A DNA stretch of 64,000 nt from a bacterium (GCA_021817945.1 JAKAFL010000016.1:429-64428); one strand, 5' to 3'. Shown: positions 9,787 to 19,712, numbered from the stretch's first letter. Program-made: numbers and translations. The notes: generated from the sequence alone by a model not told the origin.

Positions 9787-10776
9787 GTGCCCGTGAAGCC
9801 TGCAACCCTGCACTCGTGCTTACTAACCGGCGACCAAGCCCTGGCGCTTGAAGCCGCATTGAAAGAACGTCATTGGCAGCCGCATGTCGTGCCGCATGCC
9901 CGGTTTGCATTTCATTCGCCCAAAACCAACGTGGTTTTTTATCAATCCGGCAAGCTGGTGGTGCAGGGCAAGGGAACGGCTGAATTCGTGGAGTTCCTCC
10001 TGGAACCGGAAATCCTGCGTCGCGCCACCGTGGGCTATGAGTCCATCCTCAATCCAGAACTGCTCCTGCCGCGAATTGGCGTGGATGAAAGCGGCAAGGG
10101 CGATTTTTTTGGGCCGCTCAGCATTGCTGGTGTTTACGTCAACCAAAACGTGTTGAAGTCATGGGAAAACCTTGGGGTGAAGGATTCCAAAAATATTTCC
10201 AGCGACCGGCGGATAGCCGAGTTGGCGGCCAAAATTCGTGAAACCCCCGGCTGCGTGGTCAATGTGGTTCCCATTGGCAATCAAGCCTACAACCGCCTTT
10301 ATGAAAGCATGGGATCAGTGAACCGCATCCTGGCATGGGGCCATGCACGCGTGATCGAAAATTTGATGGAAATGCGTTACAAGATGGATCCTCCACCCGT
10401 GAAGGCCATCAGTGACCAGTTTGCGTCCAGCAAGAGCGTGGTGGAAAAAGCCCTGATGAAGGGAGGCAGGCAGATTGAATTGGTGCAAAGGCACAAGGCC
10501 GAGTCTGACATGGCCGTGGCTGCCGCCTCCATTCTGGCCCGGGACGAATTTGTCCGGGGAATCAGCCGCATCGAGGCGCAGTTTGGCATGAAATTTCCCA
10601 AGGGCGCCTCCTCCGCCGTGGACGCCGCAGCCCGGGAGTTTGTCCGGCAATTTGGGGCAGGCCAGTTGGGCATGGTGTCCAAACTCCATTTTCGCACCGC
10701 CTTCAGGGCCCAGGATCTTCCTGAACCACCCAAAAAAACCTGGAGCAGCGGGCGTAAATCCCAAGAGCCGAAATAG
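9787..10776 (+). CDS. rnhC: Ribonuclease HIII
   Basis: The catalytic-site motif GVDESGKGDFFGPL is present, as is an N-terminal RNase HIII-specific domain and the ISDQFA...AAASILAR region. The start codon is GTG at 9787. Confidence 0.85.
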   Translation: MPVKPATLHSCLLTGDQALALEAALKERHWQPHVVPHARFAFHSPKTNVVFYQSGKLVVQGKGTAEFVEFLLEPEILRRATVGYESILNPELLLPRIGVDESGKGDFFGPLSIAGVYVNQNVLKSWENLGVKDSKNISSDRRIAELAAKIRETPGCVVNVVPIGNQAYNRLYESMGSVNRILAWGHARVIENLMEMRYKMDPPPVKAISDQFASSKSVVEKALMKGGRQIELVQRHKAESDMAVAAASILARDEFVRGISRIEAQFGMKFPKGASSAVDAAAREFVRQFGAGQLGMVSKLHFRTAFRAQDLPEPPKKTWSSGRKSQEPK

Positions 10777-10790
10777 TGGGTTGGGATATC

Positions 10791-10820
10791 CCATTCCCGC
10801 ATTCCGGGCAATGGTTTTCT
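10791..10820 (+). terminator. Possible intrinsic terminator after rnhC
   Basis: An imperfect hairpin (ccattcccg / cgggcaatgg, bulged) is followed by ttttct, 15 nt after the rnhC stop. Confidence 0.35.
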
Positions 10821-10954
10821 CGGTGAAATGGTTCAAACACCGCCTTCAATTGATCCTGTTTTTCCCCTGACCATCAGTTCGATGAATGGGGAGGCCGGCG
10901 AGGAGTCCCTCGCCCGCGTAGATCCAATTTGGGCGGTTGTTCCGGCCCGGAGGT

Positions 10955-12019
10955 TTAGACTTTTTGCAGCACTTTTTCCAGGACGGATTCCACCGTTACA
11001 GATTCCATGATCCTGATGAGTTGTTCGCGGCTGCCTTTGATGGGGCCTCCATCGTATCGGTAGAAATCCAGGCCTTTGCCATTGACCATGGGGTTGGGGA
11101 TGACCGTGCAATCCGGCCCAAGAGGCCAATTGGTGACATTGAGTGTGGGTGCCTCGATCACCATTTGGTTGGAGATTTTCATGGCGGCGGCGAGGTGCAT
11201 CAGGGCGGTGTCCACGCTGAGAAAGGCATGGCAATGACGGATCAAGGCTGCGGCCAGCCTCAGGTCAGGGGTTTTGACCTCATGCGTGTTTGCGGGGTCG
11301 GCCTGTTCGAGCAGTTTGGCATGTGCGGAAGCCTCTTCAGGTCCCCCAAAAAGGAGAATTTGGAGTTCAGGCCGCAAGTGGTTCAATTTTTTGACCAATT
11401 CAATGAAATGATTCAAAGGCCATCGTTTGAGAGGCAGGTTTTTTGTGCCTCCAGATCCGACATGCATGCCAAGCAGGACCTTGCCGTTCCACTTATTTCT
11501 TGCAATGTAATCGGATGCCCACGCTTCATCGGAGGGGCTGAGGAAAACTTCCATTTCATGGCGGGCCAGCTTGGGGGAGGCACCAATCAGTGAAAGCAAA
11601 TCAAGGTTGTTATCAATGGAATGCCTGGAATAATCCTGTTTCAAATTGCGGTTGCAAAGGAAACGGTCCCAAAGGCGGATGCGGTCATAGAAGTGGCTGA
11701 CCCGCACGCGTGCGCCAATCATCCATGCTGCGGCGCGGTAAACGGCGCGGCTCTGCGGATGGGTGTTTACGGACAAGTCATATTCCTCGTCGCGAAGCTT
11801 TTCCAAAAAGGCCAGGGCCTCCCATTTTCCGCAACGCATCAGGTTTTTGTAGTGAATGTGCTGGATGTGGGGATTGTTTTTGAGCAAGTCCCTGGCTCCC
11901 GCCTCTTTGGTGAGCACATCAATCCGCGCGTTGGAAAAATTGGCGCGCAATTCATGAATCAAGGGTGTGGCCAGCAGGGTGTCGCCAATGCCAGCGAGGG
12001 AAATGACCAGAATTTTCAC
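10955..12019 (-). CDS. Glycosyltransferase family 9 (LPS heptosyltransferase-like)
   Basis: It has the typical GT9 N-terminus MKILVISLAGIGDTLLATPLIHELR, plus GMHVGSGG and SVDTALMHLAAAM segments. It overlaps the upstream heptose nucleotidyltransferase gene by 4 nt. Confidence 0.8.
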   Translation of the reverse strand: MKILVISLAGIGDTLLATPLIHELRANFSNARIDVLTKEAGARDLLKNNPHIQHIHYKNLMRCGKWEALAFLEKLRDEEYDLSVNTHPQSRAVYRAAAWMIGARVRVSHFYDRIRLWDRFLCNRNLKQDYSRHSIDNNLDLLSLIGASPKLARHEMEVFLSPSDEAWASDYIARNKWNGKVLLGMHVGSGGTKNLPLKRWPLNHFIELVKKLNHLRPELQILLFGGPEEASAHAKLLEQADPANTHEVKTPDLRLAAALIRHCHAFLSVDTALMHLAAAMKISNQMVIEAPTLNVTNWPLGPDCTVIPNPMVNGKGLDFYRYDGGPIKGSREQLIRIMESVTVESVLEKVLQKV

Positions 12020-12507
12020 AGGCCCATGATGGTCTTGAGCAATTTGGTGGTGGATTTGCCGGGCACGAAAGGGATCAGGACGATTTTTCCACCTGCGGAT
12101 TCAACGGCGCGGCGTTCTTCCTGGTTCAAAGTTTCCAATGTGTAATCACCGCCTTTCACATAGACATCGGGCTGCGCAGCGCGGAGGAAATGGGTGGCGG
12201 AAGGTTCCTCAAAGATGGCCACGGCGCCAACACTTGCCAGCGCTGCCAGCACAGAGGCGCGATCTTCCTGTGTGTTAACTGGGCGGCCCGGACCCTTGAG
12301 GGCGCCCACGGCTGCATCACCGTTTACCCCCACCAGCAGAAGATCACCCATCTGGCGCGCCTTTTCCAGATACGTGACATGCCCCAGGTGCAAAATGTCA
12401 AAACAACCGTTTGTCACCACCAATTTGAGGCCTTGTTTGCGGAGATCGTTCCGCCATGAAGCCACTTTTTCCAATGGCAGGATTTTATCCAAAAAATTCA
12501 CCCGCAC
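12016..12507 (-). CDS. rfaE2: D-glycero-beta-D-manno-heptose-1-phosphate adenylyltransferase (RfaE domain II type cytidylyltransferase)
   Basis: The motif VVTNGCFDILHLGHVTYLEKAR (the HxGH nucleotidyltransferase motif) is present, in a body of about 160 aa. The tracked ORF extends to 12813, but that extension overlaps the porin gene. A GTG at 12507 (VRVNFLDKILP) gives the expected size. Confidence 0.8.
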   Translation of the reverse strand: MRVNFLDKILPLEKVASWRNDLRKQGLKLVVTNGCFDILHLGHVTYLEKARQMGDLLLVGVNGDAAVGALKGPGRPVNTQEDRASVLAALASVGAVAIFEEPSATHFLRAAQPDVYVKGGDYTLETLNQEERRAVESAGGKIVLIPFVPGKSTTKLLKTIMGL

Positions 12508-12658
12508 AGTCTGCCGTTGCGCAGGCGCTTCGCCAACAGGAAAACGCAGGACATGCGCGTGCGGTTGCGGGTTTTGTCTGAAACCGATATAAGCGGGACA
12601 CTGGAAGATGGTGAAAAGCCTTGAACCAATGGGCACCGGGCAAGCCGCAAAAAGGCGA

Positions 12659-14017
12659 TTAAAATTCCCAGTGAATCCTCGCGGAAAATACGGAAACAGG
12701 TCCGCGCGCCCTGTTGAAGGCCGGGTTGTTGATGAATTGGTAATCCAGCATGGCGTGCAAGCTGCTCCAAATGGAGCAATCATAATAGGTTTCCATGGAC
12801 TGTTCCCATCCATAGTTCAGGGCCCCGTCACCGGCCAGAATGCCGGTGCCTCCCGCAGCCAGGAATTCCTCGTGAACATGGGAAAGGCCATTAAACGAGC
12901 CTGCCAGGCCGTAGGTGTCCTCTGGCCGCCTCCAAATGGCGCCTTTCACGCTCAAGCCAGCGGTGACGCTCCGGTCCACGTCGGAAAAAACCCAAGATTC
13001 GCTGCTTCCATCACTCCATCCCACCCTGGAAAAGACACCCACGTTAGTGCAGATTTCCTGTTCAAAGTTCAAGCCAAACCCGTATTTTAAGCGGTAAGCC
13101 CGGGTGGCGACGATGTCTGCTGGCTGACCCGAAGTCAATGCAGCCTCGGTGGCTTGCCCGTAACTGCCCATGTGGGCGCGGTTTAAAAAAGCCAGAAACC
13201 GGATGGCACCGGGGTGGTTGTTCCAGGTAAAACGACGTTCCAATTCCGTGACCATGCCCCAAGCCGCCAGGTAGTGCATATCCTCGGCCATTCCATTCGA
13301 TACCCTGGGCATTTGAAACCAGCCGTACCGAGCGGTCCATGAGGGCTGGTTCAGTTCAAAACTTGCCCCGGTGGTATATCCCAGGCTGTCCCCGGGGTAA
13401 TCCCAGGATTCATTCGCCAGGTATGCCCAACTGAGAAACTGGGTGCGTGGATCGTTGGCGTAGCTGTTGTTGTCGAAAATATCCTTCACGCTGTAGCGGC
13501 CCAGGGTGATGGTGATTCGGGAAATATCCTCGCGCCCCGCGAGGTCCAGTTGATCATCGGCCACGCTTTCCTGGTCGCCGCCCAGGCCGATGACTTGGCG
13601 ATAAAAAATCCGCGCCAGATTCACCTCGGGGGTCTGGGTTCCAGATCGAAAAGCCTCGCCGTTTGGAAACGCTTCCGCGCCCACCGTGGAACTCAGCCCG
13701 TACCCCTGCCACATCAGGCCATCCACATGCAATTCGGCGCCCTGCCATAATTTAATTCCTGCAAACAAATCCATGGAGACTGTTTCCTTGAATTCGCCAT
13801 GACTGTCCAAGCTGTTGGGGCCGGAGTATTGCGCAGGAAATGACGGATCGGTCTGACCTACGACCGTGTTCTGAAAGTGCAGGTTCCAGTCGGTGCCCTT
13901 TGACTCTTTCGCCCAATTCAAAAAGGAGGCAGGCACAGAGTTGGTGGAACCATTGTCCACCGCCCCGAACAGGGGAATCGGACCCATGCATGCGATCAAG
14001 CAGGCGATTCTTTTCAT
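12659..14017 (-). CDS. Outer-membrane porin, OprB (carbohydrate-selective porin)-like
   Basis: It has a signal peptide (MKRIACLIACMGPIPLFGA), a beta-barrel-like alternating pattern, a terminal aromatic residue (HWEF) and OprB-like segments (LWQGAELHVDG..., KDIFDNNSYANDPRTQFLSWA). It lies 55 nt downstream of mgtA. Confidence 0.6.
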   Translation of the reverse strand: MKRIACLIACMGPIPLFGAVDNGSTNSVPASFLNWAKESKGTDWNLHFQNTVVGQTDPSFPAQYSGPNSLDSHGEFKETVSMDLFAGIKLWQGAELHVDGLMWQGYGLSSTVGAEAFPNGEAFRSGTQTPEVNLARIFYRQVIGLGGDQESVADDQLDLAGREDISRITITLGRYSVKDIFDNNSYANDPRTQFLSWAYLANESWDYPGDSLGYTTGASFELNQPSWTARYGWFQMPRVSNGMAEDMHYLAAWGMVTELERRFTWNNHPGAIRFLAFLNRAHMGSYGQATEAALTSGQPADIVATRAYRLKYGFGLNFEQEICTNVGVFSRVGWSDGSSESWVFSDVDRSVTAGLSVKGAIWRRPEDTYGLAGSFNGLSHVHEEFLAAGGTGILAGDGALNYGWEQSMETYYDCSIWSSLHAMLDYQFINNPAFNRARGPVSVFSARIHWEF

Positions 14018-14072
14018 GAATGCAACTCGAGGAAGCCTTGAAAAGTCGTGAAATTGTGATGGGGCAGGGGCG

Positions 14073-16739
14073 TTAGAGCCAGTTTCTGCGGACCATCCAC
14101 ATTTTGATGAGTTGTGTCAGCCCCACATAAAGGAGAAGGGTGCCAAACAAAATGGGCCAGAACTGCCAGGCCAGCGGCACGAAGCCCAATGGCGCTGCCA
14201 GGGGTGAAAAGGGCAAAAGCGCGCCGATGACCATGATTAAAATACTTGTCATGGTGAGCTGCCAGCTTGCGCGGGATTGTAGAAACGGAATCTGGTTGGT
14301 GCGGATCACATGGATGATCAGGGTCTGGGTCATGATGGACTCCACGAACCAGCCCGTGTTGAAGAGCGCGGCAGCGTAGGAATGGTCCGGGTCGGTGACG
14401 TGGGCGAAACGCGAGGCGATCTCGGGTGGCGGTGTCGGGCCGGACTGGCTGCATTTGAAATAAAACCACATCACGCAAAATGTGGTATAATCGAAAATGG
14501 AGCTGATGGGGCCGATGAACAGGATGAATTTGGTGATTTCCCCCATGTTCCAAGGGCGCGGGCGCGCAATATACTGCGCTGCCACATTGTCCGTGGGTAT
14601 GGGGACCTGGGAACAATCGTAGAGAAGGTTGTTGGTGAGGATTTGAAGCGGTTGCATGGGCAAAAAGGGAAACCATGCGCTGGCCCCAAGAACACTGAAC
14701 ATGTTCCCAAAATTGGAACTGGCCCCCATGCGAATGTATTTCAAAATGTTGGCAAACACCTTGCGCCCCTCCAAAACACCCTCCTCCAGCACCATCAGAC
14801 TTTTTTCCAGCAGGATCATGTCGGCGGATTCCTTGGCTATGTCCACGGCGGTGTCCACCGAAATGCCCACGTCCGCAGCCCTCAGTGCGGGGGCATCATT
14901 GATGCCATCCCCCATGAAGCCCACCACGTGGCCCTTGGCTTGCAATGCCTGGACCACCCGCTTTTTGTGGACTGGAGATAGCCTGGCATAGACATCCGTG
15001 GTGTCAATGACTGCGGAAAGCTGCGCATCCGACATTTTTTCCACCTCACTGCCCAGGAGTATGTGATCGGCCTGAATGCCCACCTCGCTGCAAACCTTGC
15101 GGGTGACCAGGTCATTGTCGCCGGTCAGAACCTTTACGGTCACACCATGCTGGCGTAATGCGGCAATGGCAGTCTTGGCGGTGTCCTTGGGTGGGTCCAA
15201 AAAGGCCAGGTAGCCCGTAAGAACAAGGTTCTCCTCGTCGGCCTTGGAATACGCCGGCTTTGCCTCCACCTTTTTGCTGGCAATGGCAAGCACCCGAAAC
15301 CCGTCCTCGCTGAGGGAATTCACCTGTTCAATCAGGTTTCCCACCAGGATTGGCTCCATGGCAAAAACCTCTCCTGCGCTTTCAAAATGGGTGCATTTTT
15401 TGAAAACAGATTCCGGGGCGCCCTTGGTCAGAAGCTGCCGGCTGCCGTCTCCGTTCTCCACCACCACCGACATCATCCGGCGCGAAAAATCAAAGGGTAT
15501 TTCATCCACCTTGCTGATTTTTTCAACGGACAATTCGCGGTGAAGCTCGGTGTATTTCAGGACAGCCCGGTCCAGCACGTTTTTGAGCCCGGTCTGGAAA
15601 TGGCTGATCAGGTAGGCATCGCGAAGGACCTCCTCGCTCTCGTTTTTAAAAACATCACAGTGAATTTCCAGAATCACGTGATCAATGGTCAGGGTCCCGG
15701 TTTTGTCCGTGCAAAGGACGTTCATGGCACCGAAGTTTTGGATGGAGTTGAGTTTTTTAACGATCACCTTCTTCCGCGACATGGCCAGGGCTCCCTTGGA
15801 GAGGCACACCGAGACGATCATGGGCAGCATTTCCGGAGTTAGACCCACGGCCACGGCCAAGGCAAACAGGAAGGTGTCCTTGCCCCAACTACTTTTGAAG
15901 CAGCCATTGATTAAAAAGACTGCGGGCGACATGACCGCCATGAAGCAGATCATCAGCCAGGTGAATTTTTTGACTCCTTTGTCAAAAGCGGTTTCAACCT
16001 GCTGGCCGGTGAGGCTGCTGGCCATTTTGCCAAAATAGGTTTGCGCTCCGGTGGCCACGATCACCGCCGTGGCCGTGCCGCTCTCCACGCTCGTGCCCAA
16101 AAAACAAAGATTTTGACGTTCAATGATCGAAACGTCCCTGCGGGCGTCGCTGGCGTCGCTTTTTTCAACCGGCAGCGATTCTCCCGTCAAGGTGGCTTGA
16201 ATCACAAACAAGTCTTTGGAGGAAATCAGCCGGACATCCCCGGGTATCATGTCGCCTGCTGAAAGTTTGACAACATCACCGGGCACGAGGTCCTTGAGGG
16301 GGATTTCCGCAATCTGTCCATCCCTCCAGACGGAGGCGGTGACCTTGATCATGGCCTTGAGCTTGGCGGCGGCGTTATCCGCCTTGGTTTCCTGGACAAA
16401 CCTCAAGGTTACCCCCAGCAGGACCATGGCGACCATCACCCAGCCGCCCACCATGTCGCTGGGGCCTTGTGCCGTGGCAAACGTGATAATTGCCAGGATG
16501 GAGAGCAGGATGACCAACGGATTGCGCACCGCGACCCAAAGCCGGCCCAGCCAGTCATGCTTTTTCTCCTGAGCCACCTCGTTGAATCCGTGCAGGTCCA
16601 GTCTGCGTGCCGCCTCGGATGAAGATAGACCTGTGCCTTGGGATTCCAACCGTTTGAGCGCTTCTGCGGAATCCACCATCGCGGATTCACGCAGCAGGTC
16701 CGTGAGTTGTGATCCTGCGGCCTGGTGGGTGGAGGGCAT
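14073..16739 (-). CDS. mgtA: Magnesium-translocating P-type ATPase
   Basis: It is 888 aa with the motifs LTGESLPVEK, CTDKTGTLT, LTGDN and MGDGINDAPALRAADVGISV. The N-terminal region and C-terminal membrane domain are MgtA/MgtB-like. Confidence 0.9.
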   Translation of the reverse strand: MPSTHQAAGSQLTDLLRESAMVDSAEALKRLESQGTGLSSSEAARRLDLHGFNEVAQEKKHDWLGRLWVAVRNPLVILLSILAIITFATAQGPSDMVGGWVMVAMVLLGVTLRFVQETKADNAAAKLKAMIKVTASVWRDGQIAEIPLKDLVPGDVVKLSAGDMIPGDVRLISSKDLFVIQATLTGESLPVEKSDASDARRDVSIIERQNLCFLGTSVESGTATAVIVATGAQTYFGKMASSLTGQQVETAFDKGVKKFTWLMICFMAVMSPAVFLINGCFKSSWGKDTFLFALAVAVGLTPEMLPMIVSVCLSKGALAMSRKKVIVKKLNSIQNFGAMNVLCTDKTGTLTIDHVILEIHCDVFKNESEEVLRDAYLISHFQTGLKNVLDRAVLKYTELHRELSVEKISKVDEIPFDFSRRMMSVVVENGDGSRQLLTKGAPESVFKKCTHFESAGEVFAMEPILVGNLIEQVNSLSEDGFRVLAIASKKVEAKPAYSKADEENLVLTGYLAFLDPPKDTAKTAIAALRQHGVTVKVLTGDNDLVTRKVCSEVGIQADHILLGSEVEKMSDAQLSAVIDTTDVYARLSPVHKKRVVQALQAKGHVVGFMGDGINDAPALRAADVGISVDTAVDIAKESADMILLEKSLMVLEEGVLEGRKVFANILKYIRMGASSNFGNMFSVLGASAWFPFLPMQPLQILTNNLLYDCSQVPIPTDNVAAQYIARPRPWNMGEITKFILFIGPISSIFDYTTFCVMWFYFKCSQSGPTPPPEIASRFAHVTDPDHSYAAALFNTGWFVESIMTQTLIIHVIRTNQIPFLQSRASWQLTMTSILIMVIGALLPFSPLAAPLGFVPLAWQFWPILFGTLLLYVGLTQLIKMWMVRRNWL

Positions 16740-16748
16740 AAAAGTTGA

Positions 16749-17216
16749 CTAGGGCAGTGGATTGCGGATGGCTTGGAGCAGGGCGGGGGCGTCTGGCGCC
16801 TGGAGCAGCGTTTTGCGAAATGCTTCGCCGGAAAACATTTTGGCTATGCCGCTCACCGTGTTCAGGTGCTGCTGGAATTGTTTTTGAGGCACCAGCAGCA
16901 GCACCACCAGGCTCACCGGTTGCCCGTCGGCGGAGTCAAACTCCACTCCTTTGAGGGATCGTCCAAAGGCCCCGGTGATCTCTGTCACCAAATCCGTGGA
17001 GGCATGCGGAATGCCCACGCCATGGCCAATGCCCGTGCTCATGGAGTTTTCCCGCTTTCGGATCGCACCAATAATGCCGTCCCGGTAATCCGCCTTGATT
17101 TTACCGGTGGACTTTAGGACATCCACCAGTTCTTCAATCGCTTCCCAGCGATTGCCAGCCTTAAGCGATGGAATCACCTGGGATTCGGATAGAAGACTGC
17201 CTAAGTTTGTGCTCAT
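16749..17216 (-). CDS. ptsN: PTS EIIA type-2 domain protein (EIIA-Ntr / PtsN-like)
   Basis: The active-site region STGIGHGVGIPHAS (phosphorylatable His) is present in a protein of about 155 aa, the typical PtsN size. It ends 9 nt upstream of the mgtA start. Confidence 0.75.
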   Translation of the reverse strand: MSTNLGSLLSESQVIPSLKAGNRWEAIEELVDVLKSTGKIKADYRDGIIGAIRKRENSMSTGIGHGVGIPHASTDLVTEITGAFGRSLKGVEFDSADGQPVSLVVLLLVPQKQFQQHLNTVSGIAKMFSGEAFRKTLLQAPDAPALLQAIRNPLP

Positions 17217-17736
17217 AAATCTACGAATCTTGTAACGAATTCAAATTGGGGCTGGAAAAATCATGAATATTATCCATGAAAACAATTCCTGAAAACCCGC
17301 CGCCCGGCAGGTAACGCCAAAACATGATTCCAGCCGGTTTAAATTGGCCACAGTGAGGGCACTTTGCAACCTTTATTCCCTGCATTTCCTTTAAGCAGAA
17401 GAAATTTTACAAAAAAGACACGTGAACTTGCGACGCGGCAAATTTTGAGTTGCGTTTTTTCCGCCTGGCCTTTGCAGCAGCAGTCCCTTGGCACGCCAAA
17501 GCATGCTTTTGGTTCCGCCCCATTTTTCGCCCCATTTTTGTTGGGTGCTGGTATTTCCCGGGCGGGCGCATGGCATTTACGAATAGAATTCCCGAATTGC
17601 CTTGTCGGCTAAACCTGCTATACATGCAATCAATGGATTTCGACCGGGTGAGTGCTGTTTGAGCCTGATTGTCTTGGGTGGAAACCATCACCCAGGCCAA
17701 CAAGGTGGATGGTCGGGCGGTTCAACGAAATGTTTC

Positions 17737-19329
17737 ATGTCGGGGTGTGTGGTTCATGAGGACGAGCATTTGCTGGTGGTGAACAAACCTGCCGGATGGA
17801 ACACCCATGCCCCTGCGCCGGATGCCGGTGAGGGTATTTATGACTGGTTGCGATCCCGCGAAGAGCGCTGGGCGGACTTATCCATTCTCCACCGCTTGGA
17901 CAAGGATACCAGTGGCATCCTGGTTTTTGGCAAATCCACGCTGGCCAACCAGTCGCTGACCGCCCAGTTTGCCACCCGCCAAATCCGCAAATCCTACCTT
18001 CTTCTTACAGACCGCCAACCGCCATCGGCTGCAATTGTCATCCGTTCCCGGTTGCGCAGGGTGAGGGATGCCCGTGCCAGCCATGCCGATGGGGTGGAGG
18101 CGGAAACCTGTTTTGAGCCCCTCTCCCTATCCTCGGAGATTTCCAAGCCCGCGCGGAGTCATCTCCTCCGCGCATTGCCCCGAACGGGTCGGACTCATCA
18201 AATTCGTGTTCATGCCTCTGAAAATGGCTTTCCCATCCTGGGAGACACACTTTACGGCGGCACGCCTGCCCCCCGCCTTTATTTGCACGCAGAAGAATTG
18301 CAATTCATGCATCCAGGAACCCAAAAAGCCGTCTGTTACCGGGCCTCAGCTGATTTTTTATCGGATTCGCGTGGAGAACTTCGCAGAGCCGTGGTGGACC
18401 CTGCTGCCACGGATGCCTTCAGGCTGGTGCATGGAGCTTCCGATGGCTGGCCGGGTTGGTATGTGGACCGCCTGGGTTCTTGGCTGCTTTCGCAGTCATC
18501 TTTCGCGCCCAGCCGGGATCAAGAAACGGAACTGGCCCGACTGTCTGCGGAATTTGGCGCGCGTGGCGTTTATCATAAAATCCTCTCCCGTCAGGTTCGG
18601 CAAGCCTGCGGGTCCCAGTCATCCCCACAACTGGCCTTTGGGGAATGCGCACCCGCCCGGTGGCCGGTTCTTGAAAATAATCTCCGCTATCATATGAGTT
18701 TTCAGGAGGGTTATTCAGTGGGATTATTTTTGGATCAAAGGGACAATCGCCGCCGCATGGCAACGGGCTGGGTGGGTCACAATTTCCCATGCCTGCCCGG
18801 GATGGGCGCCCGATTGCTCAATTGCTTCGCCTATACCTGCGGTTTTTCGGTGGCTGGGGCAGCCGCAGGAATGCGTGCCACCAGCCTGGACCTGTCAAAA
18901 AAATACCTCGACTGGGGCCGGGCCAATTTTGAATTGAACCACATTGATCCCGCCTCTCATGACTTTATTTATGGCGATGTTCCGGACTGGCTGGGGCGGT
19001 TTAAAAAGAAGAACCGGCAGTTTGAGGTCATCGTGCTGGATCCGCCCACCTTCTCCCAGTCGCGGAAAAGCGGGGCCTTTCGCGTGGAAAAAGACCTGGG
19101 CAACCTCGTGGGAGAAGCGCTGCATTTGCTGAGCCGGCGGGGTTTCCTGCTTGTTTGTGCCAATGCCGCCGACTGGGCGCCCTCCGCTTTTTTGGACCTG
19201 GTCCAAGCCGCCGTGGCCAGGCGGGGACGGAAAATCCTCCACCAATACTACTTCCCACAGCCTCCAGATTTCCCCATCAGCCGCCATGAACCTTCCCATC
19301 TCAAAACAGTCTGGTTGCAGGTGGATTGA
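17737..19329 (+). CDS. Fusion protein: RluA-family pseudouridine synthase (N-terminal) plus RlmI-like class I SAM-dependent rRNA methyltransferase (C-terminal)
   Basis: The N-terminal half has VHEDEHLLVVNKPAG, HRLDKDTSGILVF (catalytic Asp) and RTHQIRVH. The C-terminal half has FRLVHGASDGWPGWYVDRLGSWLL, FLDQRDNRR, LNCFAYTCGFSVAGA (SAM motif I) and VIVLDPPTF (motif IV). The most plausible start is the ATG at 17737; the tracked ORF starts at 17602. Confidence 0.8.
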   Translation: MSGCVVHEDEHLLVVNKPAGWNTHAPAPDAGEGIYDWLRSREERWADLSILHRLDKDTSGILVFGKSTLANQSLTAQFATRQIRKSYLLLTDRQPPSAAIVIRSRLRRVRDARASHADGVEAETCFEPLSLSSEISKPARSHLLRALPRTGRTHQIRVHASENGFPILGDTLYGGTPAPRLYLHAEELQFMHPGTQKAVCYRASADFLSDSRGELRRAVVDPAATDAFRLVHGASDGWPGWYVDRLGSWLLSQSSFAPSRDQETELARLSAEFGARGVYHKILSRQVRQACGSQSSPQLAFGECAPARWPVLENNLRYHMSFQEGYSVGLFLDQRDNRRRMATGWVGHNFPCLPGMGARLLNCFAYTCGFSVAGAAAGMRATSLDLSKKYLDWGRANFELNHIDPASHDFIYGDVPDWLGRFKKKNRQFEVIVLDPPTFSQSRKSGAFRVEKDLGNLVGEALHLLSRRGFLLVCANAADWAPSAFLDLVQAAVARRGRKILHQYYFPQPPDFPISRHEPSHLKTVWLQVD

Positions 19330-19430
19330 CCATTTTTTGGCCTTCAAAAAAGGTATCTTTGTCCGACCATATCTGCCCCGCTTTATTGCTTGCATCATCC
19401 AGGGAAGATAGGCTGGTACAAGCCCTGTTT

Positions 19431-19712
19431 TTATTTTTTTTCACGCAACCGTTTTCGCATCCGGTCCCGCGCTTCCTCGGATAAACCTGGTCCTTCGCTT
19501 TCATGCCAAATTTCGGGATGTTTCAGGGCATGGTCATGGAGTTTGCGTATCTGCCGCCCATAACGCCAGCACCAGCGGCACATAAGGATATGAATCCGAA
19601 GGCCGATTCGCGTCCATGCTGACAGCTTTCCATCCAACAGCTTGGATTGCGCCTCCGCAGCAGCGCGACAGTCCATGAAAAGGGCAGCGAGGCCGGAGGC
19701 TGGTTTCTTCAT
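19431..19712 (-). CDS. Anti-sigma factor, zf-HC2 type
   Basis: The zinc-finger motif HILMCRWCWRY fits Hx3Cx2C. The gene lies immediately downstream of an ECF sigma factor gene on the same strand. Confidence 0.65.
   Translation of the reverse strand: MKKPASGLAALFMDCRAAAEAQSKLLDGKLSAWTRIGLRIHILMCRWCWRYGRQIRKLHDHALKHPEIWHESEGPGLSEEARDRMRKRLREKK

Noticed and set aside
10937-11593. 218-aa ORF on the plus strand
   Set aside because: It is antisense to the GT9 heptosyltransferase gene and has no recognisable motifs.
12508-12813. N-terminal extension of the tracked heptose-1-phosphate adenylyltransferase ORF
   Set aside because: It overlaps the 3' end of the porin gene and has no homology-like sequence. 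A GTG at 12507 gives the expected domain size of about 160 aa.
17217-17736. Candidate Mg2+ (M-box) riboswitch or other leader upstream of ptsN-mgtA; also an SRP-RNA-like stretch and the short direct repeat ccccatttttcg/ccccatttttg (17519-17541)
   Set aside because: Reading both strands, I could not find the conserved M-box or SRP RNA core sequences. The 11-nt direct repeat is too short to interpret.
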